Below are positions 20,639-30,394 of a DNA stretch of 64,000 nt, piece by piece; within the stretch, counting starts at the first letter, position 1, and each line of letters starts with the position of its first letter. The position numbers and the translations under genes were made by a program. The notes beneath the pieces are model-generated. The model ran no database searches. It was given only the letters and a program-made list of their open reading frames with translations, and was not told the origin of the DNA. This DNA is from Prasinococcaceae sp. CCMP 1430 (taxonomy: Eukaryota; Plantae; Prasinodermophyta): NCBI GenBank assembly GCA_013416795.1, contig RQSC01000028.1, forward strand, positions 995,568 through 1,059,567. Direction: 5' to 3'.

Positions 20639-23419
20639 TTACGCACGTTCGAGGCTCGCGTCGCAGGCGAGTGTGTGGGTGCCATCAACCCGCTGTTGGT
20701 AATCATGGAAGCGCTCGGACGCGCGGTTGCGCTCCTCAGTGCGTCCGAGCGCATTGGCGATGACGGCAGCAAGATGGCTCGCCTCCATCGCGCCCTTGAG
20801 GCAGCCAGACTGAACGTAGCCCTCCTCCGCATGTAGCGCAGGCGCGAGGGCCTCGTCACCGGAGCGCACCAGTCGCCGTCGCCCCCACGCGCACAGCTGC
20901 GCGCGCGCGAGTGCCAGTTGGCAGCGCGCACTCAGCAGTGCCCCGCAGTGCGCGGCACAGCGCGGCGCCATCGCCCGTAGTAGCGGGAGGGCCAGGCGGT
21001 GGCCCTTGGTGGCCTTGCCCAGCGCCAGGTAGAGCTCAGCTGCCGACACCGACGCCTCGGCCTCGAGCGAGTCCATGTGCAACAAGCGCGCGAGCGAGAT
21101 GGCACTGAGAGCGTATGGAAGGGCCACGATCGGCGCACCGGAAGCGGCGTGCACCGCGCACAGAAGAAGAAGCGCGCGCGCGCACGCCGGCTGGGCGTTT
21201 GCTGAGTATGCCTGCGCGTACAGCAGCGCTCCGGCTTCACATGCAGCCGTGAGCGCACCTGACGCCAGCAGAGCCGCACAGCGCGCCTCACCCGCCACCG
21301 CCGCTACCTCATGGCCGCCATCGCGCGCCGCCAGGGCTGCGAGCTGCGATGCCGCGGTGATCGCGCCACGCGCGTCGCCAATCGCCAAGCATCGCTCTGA
21401 CTCGAGTTTCCGCTTCACCCACTCCTGCCGCGCGCTTTTCTCCCGGCGCGTATCTCCTTCGCCAGCGCCAGCCGCAGAGCAGGCCATTGCATCGAAAGTA
21501 GATGCACCGCCGGCCTTTTCCCTCCGCAACGAGAGCTGCGCCCATGCCGCATCGACGTCCTCCTGGTCGGCGACAGTACCGTGCACCTCCAGGGCAGCTT
21601 TCGCACACACCTCCGCAAGAGGCGCAGAGGCGTAGTGCTCCCAGGCCTCGGAGCGCACCACGAAGGAGGTGGCACACAGAGCACCGCCGTCGGCCGCCGC
21701 CCCCCCTTCATCGGCGGCGGAGGACGCCGCAGCGGCGCTGTGAAGCAGCTGCCAGGTGAGAAGCGGTGCCTGCCCGCGCGGCAGTAGCTCGCCTGTATCG
21801 CTCCCGATCGATGCGGCCTTATGAGGGAGCGGTGCTGCTGCCCCCTGACTGAGGAACGCACGCGCGAGCGACATCTCGGCAAATGCAGCAACTGCAGGCA
21901 TGCCGAGCTCGTACGCCCGCCGCCGACAGCGTGCCTGCAACGAGGAGAGTGCCCTGGCTCGCTCAACCGCGCCCGATGCGTCCCGTTCGCCTTCACCGCC
22001 TGCGGCCGCCACGCGTGCATCCGACAACAGCCCGCACACCGCCGCCAGAGCGTGTGTGAGGCATACATCATCGCAGTGCGCTTGTGCCAGGCGAACGCAC
22101 TCATCCAGAGCCCGCAGCGCCTCACCAGTGTGCCCGAATATGGCATGCGTGGAGCCCAGCGTCAGAAGCGCGCTCTGCCAGCGCCCAAGCCCCCCAACGC
22201 CGCCCCCGCCAGCGCCAGCGCCCACTCCGCCGCGCCCGTTGCCGGCCGCGCCACTCGCATCTGGCATGCTCAGCGTGTCTGCAAAAATGCCCATCGCACC
22301 GACCACCTCGTCAGTGCGCGCCGCACGCTGGCCGGCGGTGTAGTCGAAGTACTTGTGCAGCGCGCCTATGGCGGAGGGAAAGTCGCGCTGCCTGAGGAAG
22401 TTCGTGTACCGCAGATAGTGTGTCTGCGCGACCGCGGGCACTGCTTCTGCCAGCGACGAAAGAAAGGCCTCCACTCCCTGGGCGCCATCGCCCGCGTGAA
22501 GTTCGGCCCCGTGGCGCAGCAGGTAGGACTCGACTTGCGCGACAGTGCGCGCCTGCCTCTGAATCGCCAGCAGCGATGTAACGCCCAGCCCATCCACCGC
22601 TCCACCCACTTCCGGCAAGGGCGAGGCGCACGCGCCGGCAGACGGCAGCCGAACAATCCCCTGCGGGCTTTCGTTTTCCCCTGCATTGAGCTCCTCGTCG
22701 TCGTCATCAGACTCGAGCTGCATTGAGACGTCGCTGTCGCTGTCCGCGGCGCCAGTGGGGCTGGCGAAATCGTCGCGCTCGTCGGGCTGTTGTGCGGCCG
22801 TGGCCGCAGCCGGCGACGTCCACGACCCAGCCCCTAGGCATCCTTCGTCGTCTACGGTGTCCACATGGGTAAGAGCCTGACCGCCCCCGGGCAGCGCGCT
22901 GCCCACGTATTTCTGCACGGCCCCGAGCAGGCGGCACGTCGCCTCGAACGACATCACCGCGAATGACAGCGCGAATCCGCGCAGGAGTTCGCCGAGGACC
23001 GAGGCGCCATCGACGGAGCCCCGGCCCGCTTCGCTCCCCCTGTCGGCGTGGTCAGTGCCGACCCATTCGCTCGCCACCTCGCCCGGCTCCGCCAGCAGTG
23101 CCTTGACGTCGGCAGCGAGCACGACCAATGCGTCGGGCGAGTCGATGGCGCGGAGCTCCTCGAGCAGCGCGGCAGCGACCGCGTCACCCGCTGCCCTCGA
23201 GACGCATGCACGCGCACCTGTGAGCAGCTCGGATAGCGCAGGCTCGTAAACGCCATCGGGTGCGCGCATCTCGGCCACAAGCATCGCCCCTAGCGCCGCG
23301 CGGTCCGCCTCGCCGAGCGCGTGCTCGCCCGCCCGCCCGCCCGCGTACGCGCGCGCCAGCAACGCGACTGCCACGCGGTGCGGGGTGAGGCACTCCATCG
23401 CGGCCGCCTGACCCCACAT
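20639..23419 (-). CDS. APC5: Anaphase-promoting complex subunit 5
   Basis: LTPHRVAVALL start; SVLGELLRGFALSF...SFEATCRL; HYLRYTNFLRQRDFPSAIGALHKYFDY; ALLTLGSTHAIFGHTGEALRALDECVRLAQ. Confidence 0.9.
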   Translation of the reverse strand: MWGQAAAMECLTPHRVAVALLARAYAGGRAGEHALGEADRAALGAMLVAEMRAPDGVYEPALSELLTGARACVSRAAGDAVAAALLEELRAIDSPDALVVLAADVKALLAEPGEVASEWVGTDHADRGSEAGRGSVDGASVLGELLRGFALSFAVMSFEATCRLLGAVQKYVGSALPGGGQALTHVDTVDDEGCLGAGSWTSPAAATAAQQPDERDDFASPTGAADSDSDVSMQLESDDDDEELNAGENESPQGIVRLPSAGACASPLPEVGGAVDGLGVTSLLAIQRQARTVAQVESYLLRHGAELHAGDGAQGVEAFLSSLAEAVPAVAQTHYLRYTNFLRQRDFPSAIGALHKYFDYTAGQRAARTDEVVGAMGIFADTLSMPDASGAAGNGRGGVGAGAGGGGVGGLGRWQSALLTLGSTHAIFGHTGEALRALDECVRLAQAHCDDVCLTHALAAVCGLLSDARVAAAGGEGERDASGAVERARALSSLQARCRRRAYELGMPAVAAFAEMSLARAFLSQGAAAPLPHKAASIGSDTGELLPRGQAPLLTWQLLHSAAAASSAADEGGAAADGGALCATSFVVRSEAWEHYASAPLAEVCAKAALEVHGTVADQEDVDAAWAQLSLRREKAGGASTFDAMACSAAGAGEGDTRREKSARQEWVKRKLESERCLAIGDARGAITAASQLAALAARDGGHEVAAVAGEARCAALLASGALTAACEAGALLYAQAYSANAQPACARALLLLCAVHAASGAPIVALPYALSAISLARLLHMDSLEAEASVSAAELYLALGKATKGHRLALPLLRAMAPRCAAHCGALLSARCQLALARAQLCAWGRRRLVRSGDEALAPALHAEEGYVQSGCLKGAMEASHLAAVIANALGRTEERNRASERFHDYQQRVDGTHTLACDASLERA

Positions 23420-23895
23420 CCTCTCTCTCTCTTTCCCTCCCTACTCCTGCCCCTGACCCCCCCCGCCGCAGCTGCTCCCCGCGCTGGTGTGGCAGGTCTG
23501 CGCCGCGGCGTCCCCTCGTGATTGATCGCATTCGAATGGCGCCGAGGAGGCCCCGGAGAACAACGTCGCGCGCATTTCGATGAGCGCAAGATCGGCGCGG
23601 GCCACCTGCGCGCGTGCTGCCGGCGAATTTCTGCTCTGGTGAGATACGATGTCCGCCCGGGCGCGCCGCGTGGCGGGCAAACTTTCGGGAAATGGAATTT
23701 TGGGGTGCGGTTCCGCGATTTGTTCGAACCCCGCTTCGCGCCAATCGGCGAGGTGCCGGGCGGCCTCGTGCGGGTGTTGGCGTGCGCGCGCGCGGGCGGC
23801 ACATGGCGTGCGCGGAGGGTGTCACCACCCCCGCCGCCGTTGGCAGCGCGAGGAGGCCCGCGTGGTGAGAGGGGGATTGGGGGTGTGGAGCCGCC

Positions 23896-26313
23896 ATGGC
23901 GGAGGCGGCGCAGCAGCTGCAGCTGGTGGACCGCGGCGGCGCGTGCGACGAGGGCGCGCTGGGCGAGTTCTGCGGCGGAGCGGGACGCGTGGGCGTCGCA
24001 GGCCACGCGTACGCCGTCGTGGCCGTCATGGGGCCGCAGTCGAGCGGCAAGAGCACGTTGCTCAATGCGCTGTACGGCACGCGCTTCGTGGAGATGGACG
24101 CCATGAGTGGACGCGGGCAGACCACCAAGGGCATCTGGCTGGCGCAGGCGGTGCCAGCGCAGGCCGGCGGCGTGCTCCCGCTCGTGATGGACCTCGAGGG
24201 CACCGACGGGCGTGAGCGCGGCGAGGACGATGCCGCCTTTGAGGCGCAGAGCGCGCTCTTCGCGCTGGCAGCTGCCGACGTCCTGCTGGTCAACATGTGG
24301 ACGCACGACGTCGGTCGCGAGCACGGCGCCGGCAAGCCGCTGCTGAGGACGGTGCTGCAGGCCCACACTCGGCTGTTCGCGCCGACGAAGCGCTCCACGC
24401 TGCTCTTCGTGCTGCGCGACAAGACGCGCACGCCGGTGGAGAGGCTCGAGGAAATACTGCGCGAGGACCTCAACGCCATCTGGGAGGGTGTGACGAAGCC
24501 TGATGACAGGCAGGACGCCGCGCTTGCGGACTACTTCGACGTGCGCGTCGCAGCTCTCTCAAGTCTTGAGCACGCCGAGGACGCCTTCCGCACCGACGTG
24601 GCGGCGCTGCGCGCCCAGGTGGACGGCTACATTGCCGACGCCGCCGCGCGCCAGGCGCACGTGCCCGGAGACGCCTTTGCGCTCAGCACCAAGTCCCTGT
24701 GGGACCAGGTGGCCGCAAACGACGACCTCAACCTCCCCGCGCACAAGGTCATGGTGGCGACTGTGCGCTGCGCGGAGATCGCCAGCGCCCAGCTCGCACT
24801 GCTGCAGGCGGACGAGGACGTGGCCGCGATGGTGGCGAGGGCGATGGGCGCTAATGTCCCAGACTTTGGGGTTGTCCTGAGTGCGGCGGTGGACGCCGCC
24901 CAGGAGGCCTACGACGAGGACGCAAAGTACTATGATGCCGCGGTGTCGCAGGCAGCGCGTGAGAAGTTGCGCAAGGACGCTTTCGCTGCCTTCTCCCGCG
25001 CGCACGGCGCTCAGCTTCGCTTCGCGGCCGCGGCCGCGGAGGAGAGGCTTGTGGAGGATCTCAAGGCCGTCGGCGAGGAAGGCTTTGCCGACGCCGCTGC
25101 GGCGGCTGTCGCGCGTTGCCTGGAGACATTCACGGAGGCTGCGGTGGCGGCCGAGCCCCAGGGCTCGGGCTGGGAGCACACGGAGGCCTACCGCTCGCTA
25201 GTAGACGCCACCAAGACGCGGGTGCACGCTGCGACTGAAGCGCTGGTGGACCGTGCGACTACTGATGCGCGCGGAGCGGTGCGCGAAGTGCTCGAGCCTG
25301 CCGTTGCTGCCCTCCTGGAGGATCTGCCTGACGATCTATGGGAGCAGATCCGCGAGGTCGTCGCTAAAGCCGGGGTCGAGGCGAGCGATCTCGTGCGCTC
25401 AAAGATCGAGGGCGCAGGCGTCGACGCGCAGGCCATCAAGAAAGCGTGTGCAGCGGCAGAAAAGCACGCGCGCGATCTCGCAGAGGAGCTCGTTCGCCGC
25501 GCATCTAAGTCCGCGGCGGCGCTTATGCGCGACCGCTTCTCCGCTGGCTTTCACCGCGACGAGCGCGGCTTGCCCCGCACCTGGGGCGCCTCAGACGACG
25601 TCGCCAGTGTTGCCGAGGCGGCGCGCCGCTCGGCGGCGAAGGCTCTCTCGATCATGGCTCTCCTGCGCCTCGATACGAGCGCAACTAGCGCGGAGTCGGA
25701 GGAAGCAATTACCCGCGCCACCTCCGCACTTGCCCGAGGCGAGACTGGGGCGTGCTCGGGGCTGGCGTGGAAGGGTGTGGATGCGTCGGTGGTACTCCTG
25801 CAGCCTGCCGCGTGCCGGCAGGCGTGGAAACGCTTCGACTCGGACGCCGCAGCGCAGGTGTCGCAGGCGTTGGCAGCGCAGGAGGCGCGCCGCAGCGCCG
25901 CAGGCGTGCCAGCGTGGGCTATCGTGGCCATGCTTGTGCTCGGCTGGAACGAGCTGTGGGCTTTGCTGACCAATCCGTTGCTGCTTGTCTTCGTCGCTGT
26001 GCTCGCATACGTCGGCTCGAAGCTGTGGATCGAGCTGGACGCGCAAGAGAAACTCAAGAAGGGCCTCATTCCTGGCGTCGTCCTCCTTTCGTGCGAGGTG
26101 GTGCCCGCGCTCACCAGGCTGATGGGCGAGTGGCTCAGGGCGATGGCGGACAGCGCAGAGGCGGCGGGACAGGTTGACATCGCCGGCGCCGCGGGCAAAG
26201 CAAAGGTGGAGCCGCCCGTCGAGCGCCATGCAGGAAATGCTGAGTCTATCGCCACAGCCGGAGGGGGCGGCAACAGCGATGGCGTGCGGCGGCGAACCAA
26301 GCGTGCCGACTGA
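23896..26313 (+). CDS. RHD3: RHD3/SEY1 atlastin-like ER-fusion GTPase
   Basis: GPQSSGKSTLLN P-loop, RGQTTKGIW, DLEGTDGRERGEDD, NMWTHDVGRE, LNLPAHKVMVATVRC, and a C-terminal TM hairpin. Confidence 0.96.
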   Translation: MAEAAQQLQLVDRGGACDEGALGEFCGGAGRVGVAGHAYAVVAVMGPQSSGKSTLLNALYGTRFVEMDAMSGRGQTTKGIWLAQAVPAQAGGVLPLVMDLEGTDGRERGEDDAAFEAQSALFALAAADVLLVNMWTHDVGREHGAGKPLLRTVLQAHTRLFAPTKRSTLLFVLRDKTRTPVERLEEILREDLNAIWEGVTKPDDRQDAALADYFDVRVAALSSLEHAEDAFRTDVAALRAQVDGYIADAAARQAHVPGDAFALSTKSLWDQVAANDDLNLPAHKVMVATVRCAEIASAQLALLQADEDVAAMVARAMGANVPDFGVVLSAAVDAAQEAYDEDAKYYDAAVSQAAREKLRKDAFAAFSRAHGAQLRFAAAAAEERLVEDLKAVGEEGFADAAAAAVARCLETFTEAAVAAEPQGSGWEHTEAYRSLVDATKTRVHAATEALVDRATTDARGAVREVLEPAVAALLEDLPDDLWEQIREVVAKAGVEASDLVRSKIEGAGVDAQAIKKACAAAEKHARDLAEELVRRASKSAAALMRDRFSAGFHRDERGLPRTWGASDDVASVAEAARRSAAKALSIMALLRLDTSATSAESEEAITRATSALARGETGACSGLAWKGVDASVVLLQPAACRQAWKRFDSDAAAQVSQALAAQEARRSAAGVPAWAIVAMLVLGWNELWALLTNPLLLVFVAVLAYVGSKLWIELDAQEKLKKGLIPGVVLLSCEVVPALTRLMGEWLRAMADSAEAAGQVDIAGAAGKAKVEPPVERHAGNAESIATAGGGGNSDGVRRRTKRAD

Positions 26314-26410
26314 GGGGCGCTCTGCTCGCTGCCCCCCACCGCACTTTCGTAAACGAAGCGTGCACCGAAATTTCACAGGGGAATTTACACATTGCACAGC
26401 TGATCTTCCT

Positions 26411-27019
26411 TCAGAGCTCTATGGGTGAGCCAGGCAACGGCGCCTCTCGCGAGGCAGCTGCCGCAACCGTGGCCATCGGCACCCCCGCCTCCGCAGCGAG
26501 CCTCGCGCAGTCGTCGTACTCAGGCTTTGCACTCACGACGGCGCCGTGTAGCGCGGCGACCTTGACGCGCACCACGCCGTATTGCGTTTGCACTGTCTCC
26601 ACGCGGCGCGGGGCGGACAGCCGCTCAACGCGCTGCACACGCACACCGAGCGTGGTCGTTTCGGCGACCATCACCGCCGCGAGCCCCTCTGCCATGTCGT
26701 CCCCATTTCCGCTGTCGCAGAGTGCATGCAGGAACATCGCCGGCCGACCCTTCTTCATGACGCCGTGCGTGACCCACGCATCGAGCGCGCCGGCCGCGAG
26801 CAGCGCATCGATTGCATGCGCAGCGGCTTCCCCGGTGCAGTCGTCCAGGTTGCACTCCAGCTCCGTCAGCACCTCCGACTGTAGCCCGCCAACGGCGCCC
26901 GCGCCCACCGCCCGCGCGCGCCGGCGTGGGCGCCCCTGCGCGAGACGTTGCGAGCGAGACCGCCGCGGAGGCCCCGGTACAGCCGCGCACGCCGCGACCC
27001 GCGCGCGCGCGCGCAGCAT
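26411..27019 (-). CDS. larC: LarC (NPN cofactor nickel insertase) C-terminal domain only, with a transit-peptide-like N-terminus
   Basis: ELECNLDDCTGE...LLAAGALDAWVTHGVMKKGRPAMFLHALC...ETTTLGVR...VQTQYGVVRVK...AKPEYDDCARLAAEAGVP matches the LarC/DUF111 C-terminal motifs. The leader MLRARARVAACAAVPGPPRRSRSQRL is Arg/Ala-rich. Confidence 0.85.
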   Translation of the reverse strand: MLRARARVAACAAVPGPPRRSRSQRLAQGRPRRRARAVGAGAVGGLQSEVLTELECNLDDCTGEAAAHAIDALLAAGALDAWVTHGVMKKGRPAMFLHALCDSGNGDDMAEGLAAVMVAETTTLGVRVQRVERLSAPRRVETVQTQYGVVRVKVAALHGAVVSAKPEYDDCARLAAEAGVPMATVAAAASREAPLPGSPIEL

Positions 27020-27239
27020 GCCGCGCGCGATGCGGAACCTGCGGCCACCGTGAGCGCCGCCCACACAGCGGGTACCACGCGCTCTCTGCCACACCCGGGC
27101 CAGCCCCGCCCACCCTTGTTGCGTGCACGCCGAGCGCGCGCGCGCTCTGGCGCCGGCACTGGCACACTCCGCACCGCGGTGTTTCTGGGTAGAAAAGAAT
27201 CGACAGATGAATTCAAAGAATCGACAGTTTGCACAGGCC

Positions 27240-28876
27240 TCAAACGAGGCGCTCCATGTAACGCATGGCATCGAACGGCGGTCCGTGGCCGTCCTTGAAG
27301 GGCGACGCCTCGCTGCGGATGGCACGCCGCACCTCATCCATCTCACCGCGCTCGCGGCCGATGGCGCGGGCGATAGGCTGCCGGAAGCGCGGATCTCGCA
27401 TGTAGTGCGCCGACAGTGTGGGGGCCGGCAAGTACCCCCTCGCGAGCTTGTGCTCACCCTGCGCGCCAGCCTCAACTGCAGAGCGCGCGAAGTCGCGATG
27501 ACGGGTCAGCACGCGCAGCACGCTGGTCTTTTGAGAACCCTGGCACGCATGCCATGCGCGCGGCGACGCACCCCTGTCGAGCCCGAGATCGATCGCCGCG
27601 GCGATGGCCTCATAGTAGCAGACACACATGTGGAGCCCCTTCACTTCGAGGCCAGGCTTGCAGCCCCAATTCCGTCCGTACAGGCCCTCGGCGCCGACGA
27701 TGTTGAGCGCTGCGGCCACCACTTCGCCACTCTCGTCCTCCTGTGCGACGACGAGCATCACACTGTCGCCCATGGCCTCAGACAGGCCCAGAAAGAACTC
27801 GCGAGTGAGGTAAGCTCTTCCCCACTTCCTCGACGTCGTATCTTGGTAGAAGGTGTAAAAGGCCTCCCAGAGCGCGGGCGTGATCTCTGTGCCGCGCAGC
27901 CGCCTACATGAGTAACCCGCGCGAGCCACTCCGCGCCTCTCCTTTCGAATCGCGTTGCGGCGTTTCTGAGTGAGCGCGCCGAGGAAGTCGTCGAACGACG
28001 TATACTGGGTGCCGTCCGCCTTGGCGTTATGCCAGTGGTACTGCATGCCGGTGCGCAGCAGCATATCCGGTTTAGGGCCGCCGCGGCCACGGCCGTCGCC
28101 CGTCAGTGTGCTCGCGTCATCTTCCGAGCAAAAAGTGATATGGACGGAGGACGCGCTGTACTCGTCGGCCAGCCATGCCATCCCCCGCGCGAGCGCGGAG
28201 GCAGTCGCCGCTGGCGCGCCCTCGCGGACAAGGACGCGAGGGCCGGTGACAGGTGTCATGGGCACGCAGCACTGGAGTTTTGGGTAATAGGGGCAGTCAT
28301 GGTCATCGTAGAACTGATGTCGGTGTGGTGGGCATTGAGGAACAGGAGGGGGGGACGGGGGGAGGGGAGAAGGGCGCGTTAGGATGCCGCTCGTCAACGC
28401 CCGCGCTGGTGCTGGCGCGCGCCGGGGAGAGCACGGACCTGCGCCCAGCCCTGGTCGAACACGTACTCCCCCATGGAGTGACCCTTGAGATACAGTGGTA
28501 CCACGCCAAGCACCTCGTCGTTCCCCGCGTCTCTGGCGACAAGATGGGTGGGCAGCCACCCCCTGTCCCGGCAGACGCTGCCGGACGACTCGAGAAGCCG
28601 CATGAAGGCGTGCGAGAGGAACGGGTTGCTGCCGCGCGCGCCCGGCCGCGCGCACGCATCCCACACCTCCGGATCGAGCTCATCAATAGCAGAGATTGCT
28701 CCCACGCTGATCTGCGCGAGCGCCTTGTCTTCGTCCCCGCCTGAAGAGAGCGAGAGGTCCGCACCGCCGGCCGCCTGTGGCGCACGCTGCCTGAGCCTGT
28801 GCCCGCGGCGCCGCTGCGCGCGCGCAGGGGAGCCCGCAGCGCGCGCCGCGACGCGCGAGAGCGCCTCCACCATCAT
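27240..28876 (-). CDS. DUF482 / FemAB-like GNAT-fold acyltransferase, probably plastid-targeted; two introns (about 28314-28438 and 27476-27571)
   Basis: NPFLSHAFMRLLESSGS, PLYLKGHSMGEYVFDQGWA, YYPKLQCCVPMTPVTGPR, SFDDFLGAL..KRRNAIRKERR, LYGRNWG, CYYEAI, VEAGAQGEHKLARGYLP. Confidence 0.92.
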
Positions 28877-29018
28877 CGCCGCAACTCCTCTGCCCCCCGC
28901 TCACCTGCCCACCCCCCCCTACCCCACCCTGCCGCTCCCGGCCAGCACCGCGCGGCGTGTGGCCTCGCGCGCCGCGGCGGCGCTCGCCGAAGTGGATAAA
29001 GCGGTGCTTTGGGTGCAA

Positions 29019-29033
29019 TTTTAGGGTAGGGTT
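29019..29033. promoter_or_regulatory. Telomere-like / telo-box motif TTTTAGGGTAGGGTT upstream of the DUF482 gene
   Basis: Seen directly in the sequence, about 150 nt 5' of the minus-strand ATG and at the edge of the transposon-derived block. Confidence 0.35.
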
Positions 29034-29221
29034 CATACTATATGTTCCCCACGCAGATGACAGAGGAGACTAGTGACTACACACAGTAGAATGGTCAACC
29101 GAGTGTTTATTGGCATATTCAGCCTCGGTTAATATGGGTTATCGGGACAGAGGAGGGTCTGCACACGAGCGCGTGTTGGAATTGCAGTGTTGGCCGGTCG
29201 TTCCCCGAGCGCGTTCCCTGA

Positions 29222-29416
29222 GGAGAGCCCGCCTGCGCGCCACCTGTGCACGGCTCGGTCTACTCTGACAGGGTGACCGAGCGGGTGGCGGCATGGCGAC
29301 GCCTGGGGGCGTCGTCGCGTGTGTTGGACTGGATTCAGAGGGGCGTGCCGCTGGAACTGGTCCGGCCGATGGCCGCGTTCGATCGGGGAGAGTCGCTGGT
29401 GACACCGCCCCTGTGA
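29222..29416 (+). mobile_element. Remnant of a DIRS-like (tyrosine-recombinase) retrotransposon: region just N-terminal of the RT core, truncated
   Basis: The frame reads VAAWRRLGASSRVLDWIQRGVPLELVRPMAAFDRGESL, resembling the W..LGAS..VL.WI..GV segment that precedes DIRS-type RT. It stops just before the MITE. Confidence 0.55.
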
Positions 29417-29424
29417 AAAGCTAA

Positions 29425-29857
29425 GGCCGTTCCTTAATAGCATCCATAAATTTTGTACGTAAATTCTGGCGTCGGCAGAGGATTTATGTACAAAATTTAT
29501 GGATGGGGGGGCTTCCTTAATAGCTTCCATAAACTTAAATTCTTACATGCGTTTTTGACATGCATTTTTGATATGTCGGTGCCCTTCATTTCTGGGGTTT
29601 GGGGTCACCGTACGGAAGCCGACATTTCGGTTTCAAGGGTTTATCTCTAGATCAAAATGAATTAAAAATTTATGTACAAATTTATGTACACCCCCCCATT
29701 TGTACATAAATTCGGCGAATTTATGTACAGCGCGCGGCCGTACATAAATTTTTTGGGCCGAATTTACGTTATGTACCCTATTAAGGAAGGGGTCTGTACG
29801 TAAATCCTGACATAAATCGCTCAAATTTTTATTTATGGATGCTATTAAGGAACGGCC
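29425..29857. mobile_element. Tourist/PIF-Harbinger-like MITE, 433 bp
   Basis: Perfect 27-bp TIRs (GGCCGTTCCTTAATAGCATCCATAAAT at 29425-29451; reverse complement at 29831-29857), TAA target-site duplication (29422-24 and 29858-60), AT-rich non-coding interior. Confidence 0.9.
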
Positions 29858-30394
29858 TAAGATCTTTTATTGGTGACGCCGCGTCTGGACGTGCATTTGC
29901 AGCTGTTTCGAAGCGCGCGTCGGCGCGTTTTTGAACGGATCTCGACGAACACGGCACGGCACACTCACCCTCAGAAGAAACAATATCAACAACGAACGCG
30001 GCCACAGCGCAGTACTGTACCATCATGGTGGTGAGAGGCCTCTGCTTCGAAGCGCGCGCGCGGGGCGGCGCGCGCGCGAGCTGCTGTACGATCCTCACGG
30101 GGCTACGGCGCGCGCGAGCTACGGCGTGCGCAGGATGAACGGCGCGGAACGCGCAGTCGCAGTCGCAGTGATACTGAGGGACATGTAAGAAGCCTCTTCA
30201 TACTACAGACTGTATGATGGTACAGTAGTGCCTACAGTACCATCGGATGGTACTGTCGTCCAGTACAAAGCGAGGATCACCTCGACCGGCGTCGACACCG
30301 CCGCCGCCGGAAAAGGTCGTTTCGCCACGTTTCGACCCGAACCTGGACGCCGCCCCGCGGCGCGGCGCGGCGCGGCGCGGCGCAGGGGCGTGAA

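Noticed and set aside
30236-30257. Hairpin CAGTACCATC-G-GATGGTACTG, similar to the 62851 palindrome
   Set aside because: The flanks share no similarity, so there is no evidence for a common element.
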